Assembly (NCBI GenBank): GCA_965197475.1
Contig: CBDANF010000003.1
Location: 2,880,001 to 2,944,000 of the forward strand
Length of the DNA: 64,000 bases
DNA from: Candidatus Poribacteria bacterium
Lineage (GTDB): Bacteria; Poribacteria; WGA-4E; WGA-3G
Reading direction: 5' to 3'
The position numbers and the translations under genes were made by a program. The number at the start of each line of letters is the position of its first letter. The first letter of the stretch is position 1. The notes beneath the pieces were generated by a model. It did no database searches. It was not told the origin of the DNA and saw only the letters and a program-made list of their open reading frames with translations. Shown here piece after piece: positions 61,855-64,000 of this stretch.

Positions 61855-64000
61855 ATGTCCATTCCTAAAATGTCTGTGAATAACCCTGTTTTAGCGAACA
61901 TGCTGATGATTCTTATTATTATTTTTGGGTTGTATGCATGGATCAACTTACCAAGGGAACTCACCCCGGAAATCGCCCTACAAAGTGCTACCGTAACGAC
62001 ACTATACCCAGGTGCATCCCCGGAAGAGGTTGAAAAACTGATATCTGCACCAATTGAAGAGGCAATTGAGGAAAACGTCAACAAAATCAATCTGATGCTT
62101 TCCACTTCTTCAGAGGGTAGATCAATTATCTCGGTTGATTTTGATGAAATGAGTGACAGAGATTTCGACAAAGAGATGGAGAATCTCCGCACTGCTGTTG
62201 AAGGTGTAAATGATTTACCGGAGGAGATTTTAGACGATCCCAAGGTAATGGAATTGGATATTAGTTCCGGATTTCCGATGTTGACGATTGTTGTCGGAGG
62301 AAACATTTCAGAGTCTCAAATGCGGGAAATTGCGGAGAATCTAAAAGACGAGATATTAGAAATTAAAAACATTGCATCTGTGCAAATTGCTGGACTACGT
62401 GATAGAGTAATTTGGATTGAGGTTGATCCGGATCGGTTGAAAGCGTATAATCTCCCGATCACTGCTATTACAATGGCACTACAAGCAGGGAATTTAAATC
62501 TACCCGCAGGAACAATGGAGATTGGTAACACGGAGTTTATGGTGCGAACAATGGGAGAATTTCCTAATCCTGACTATATCGGTGATACAATCATCAGTGT
62601 TCAGCCATCAGGGACACCACTTAGACTTCGAGATGTTGCAACAGTATCTGATGATTATGAGGAAGCACGAACACTTTCAAGAATTGAAGGGAAATCCTCT
62701 ATCAGTCTAAGCGTTCAAAAAAAGAAAGAGGGCAACACTATCTCTTTGGTGGCGAAACTTCGCGATTTAGTCAAAAAACGCCAAGTTGAACTTCCTGAAG
62801 GTGCAGTGTTGACACCTGTGAACGACTATTCCGTGATCTTAAAAGAGAGGTTGGGCATTCTTGAAACAAATGCTGTATTCGGACTTATTCTTGTCATATT
62901 CATGCTTTTCCTATTTATCGGATGGCGAAATGCCCTCTTTGCAGCACTTGGTATTCCGGTGGCATTTATGGCAACTTTTTGGTTCATGTCAATAGTGGAT
63001 TATTCGCTGAGTGGTGTGGCACTGTTTGGTCTCATCTTGGTCGTAGGAATTGTTGTAGACGATGCCATCGTTGTTATAGAGAACACCTATCGGCATATAG
63101 AGGCAGGAGAATCCCCGAAAGTTGCAGCCGTTCGCGGTGCAGAAGAGGTTGGCTGGCCTGTTTTAGCGGCAAGTTTGACAACGATTGGTGCATTTGGTCC
63201 CTTGATGTTTATGTCAGGTGTTTCAGGGCAGTATATGCGGATCGTGCCAATAATGGCAATTATCGTCTTAGTGGCTTCGCTCTTTGAAGTTTTTGTAATT
63301 TTACCGGCACACGTTGCTGAGTGGGGAAAAGCCAAAACACGGACAGGACGCAGTAGACTTGAAAACCTCCGTACACGATCTCAAGGTGCATTCACCATAA
63401 GTATCCTTTTTGCTGGCTTTTTTGCGTGGTTTGCCACGATTTTTGACATTATACGGAACAGATATGTCAGAATCCTGAAAATAACGATCCGAAAACGGTA
63501 TATCTTTGTAGGAAGCGTTCTCTTTATCGGAACGATTGCGTGCGTCAGTGCCTTTGTAGTTCTTGACAAGGAACTTTTTCCCGGTGAAGACTTTCCACAA
63601 TTTTACGTCAAGGCAGAAATGCCACCGTCCTACGGCATACAGGAAACAACTGATGTAATCGCACAACTTGAAGATGCAGCCAAAACTTTGCCGGAAGATG
63701 AAGTTGCTGCTATTGTTAGCAATATAGGCTTACATACACCTATCTCAGGGCTTCTTAAAGGCATCACCTACGGTTCCAATTTTGGAGAACTTATCATTGA
63801 ACTTGTTCCCAAAGATCAACGGACTCGGAACACTGACCAAATCATCGATTCCTTACGGCAACAGACTGCTAATATCAGTGGCATGGAAAAAAAACCCAAT
63901 TTTGTCAAACTGGAAGGGGGTCCACCCCAAGGACCAGATGTTGAGGTAAAGGTCAAGGGGACTCGGTTTGAACAGTTAGTTGAAATTGCTGATCGACTTA
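61855..64000 (+). CDS. RND (AcrB/AcrD/AcrF) efflux permease, 5' part (runs off window end)
   Basis: Manual translation: NPVLANMLM, YPGASPEEVE, SSEGRS, GIVVDDAIVVIEN, SLTTIGAFGPL; frame open to the window end. Confidence 0.92.
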   Translation, partial: MSIPKMSVNNPVLANMLMILIIIFGLYAWINLPRELTPEIALQSATVTTLYPGASPEEVEKLISAPIEEAIEENVNKINLMLSTSSEGRSIISVDFDEMSDRDFDKEMENLRTAVEGVNDLPEEILDDPKVMELDISSGFPMLTIVVGGNISESQMREIAENLKDEILEIKNIASVQIAGLRDRVIWIEVDPDRLKAYNLPITAITMALQAGNLNLPAGTMEIGNTEFMVRTMGEFPNPDYIGDTIISVQPSGTPLRLRDVATVSDDYEEARTLSRIEGKSSISLSVQKKKEGNTISLVAKLRDLVKKRQVELPEGAVLTPVNDYSVILKERLGILETNAVFGLILVIFMLFLFIGWRNALFAALGIPVAFMATFWFMSIVDYSLSGVALFGLILVVGIVVDDAIVVIENTYRHIEAGESPKVAAVRGAEEVGWPVLAASLTTIGAFGPLMFMSGVSGQYMRIVPIMAIIVLVASLFEVFVILPAHVAEWGKAKTRTGRSRLENLRTRSQGAFTISILFAGFFAWFATIFDIIRNRYVRILKITIRKRYIFVGSVLFIGTIACVSAFVVLDKELFPGEDFPQFYVKAEMPPSYGIQETTDVIAQLEDAAKTLPEDEVAAIVSNIGLHTPISGLLKGITYGSNFGELIIELVPKDQRTRNTDQIIDSLRQQTANISGMEKKPNFVKLEGGPPQGPDVEVKVKGTRFEQLVEIADRL

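Noticed and set aside
61731-63666. Several minus-strand ORFs (e.g. 61731..62306)
   Set aside because: Antisense shadows of the RND permease, which the ORF track missed because it has no stop in the window

Overview
Bacterial chromosomal window from a diderm. Ca. Poribacteria is inferred from the LamG protein ending KLATTWGTIK, the LolA-like gene and the many TPR proteins. Housekeeping content: trpA, metH, lolA-pgsA-thpR-recA, a complete Pup-proteasome operon (arc/mpa-dop-pup-prcB-prcA-pafA), a GGGP-synthase-like gene followed by grpE-dnaJ-prmA, glcD, and an RND permease running off the right end. Two defence-type islands are present. The first (11.7-17.4 kb) has a frameshifted fused R-M gene plus S subunit, a cytoplasmic trypsin-like protease and an Rpn nuclease with an internal RBS. 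The second (39.7-46.2 kb) has Uma2 and a type III mod/res pair split by inserted cargo, with res destroyed by an IS3 remnant. The most striking signal is in that cargo: a DUF3800 (RNase H-like) gene converges on a ~70-nt structured RNA with its own near-consensus sigma70 promoter, a UNCG tetraloop and a U-tract, which suggests a protein-ncRNA module. Other highlights: six tandem diverged VOC genes, a MITE with target-site duplication, IS1/IS3/ISAs1 relics, GTAG-type REP-like palindromes and a 2410-aa TPR protein. All calls are from motif recognition by eye; no searches were run.
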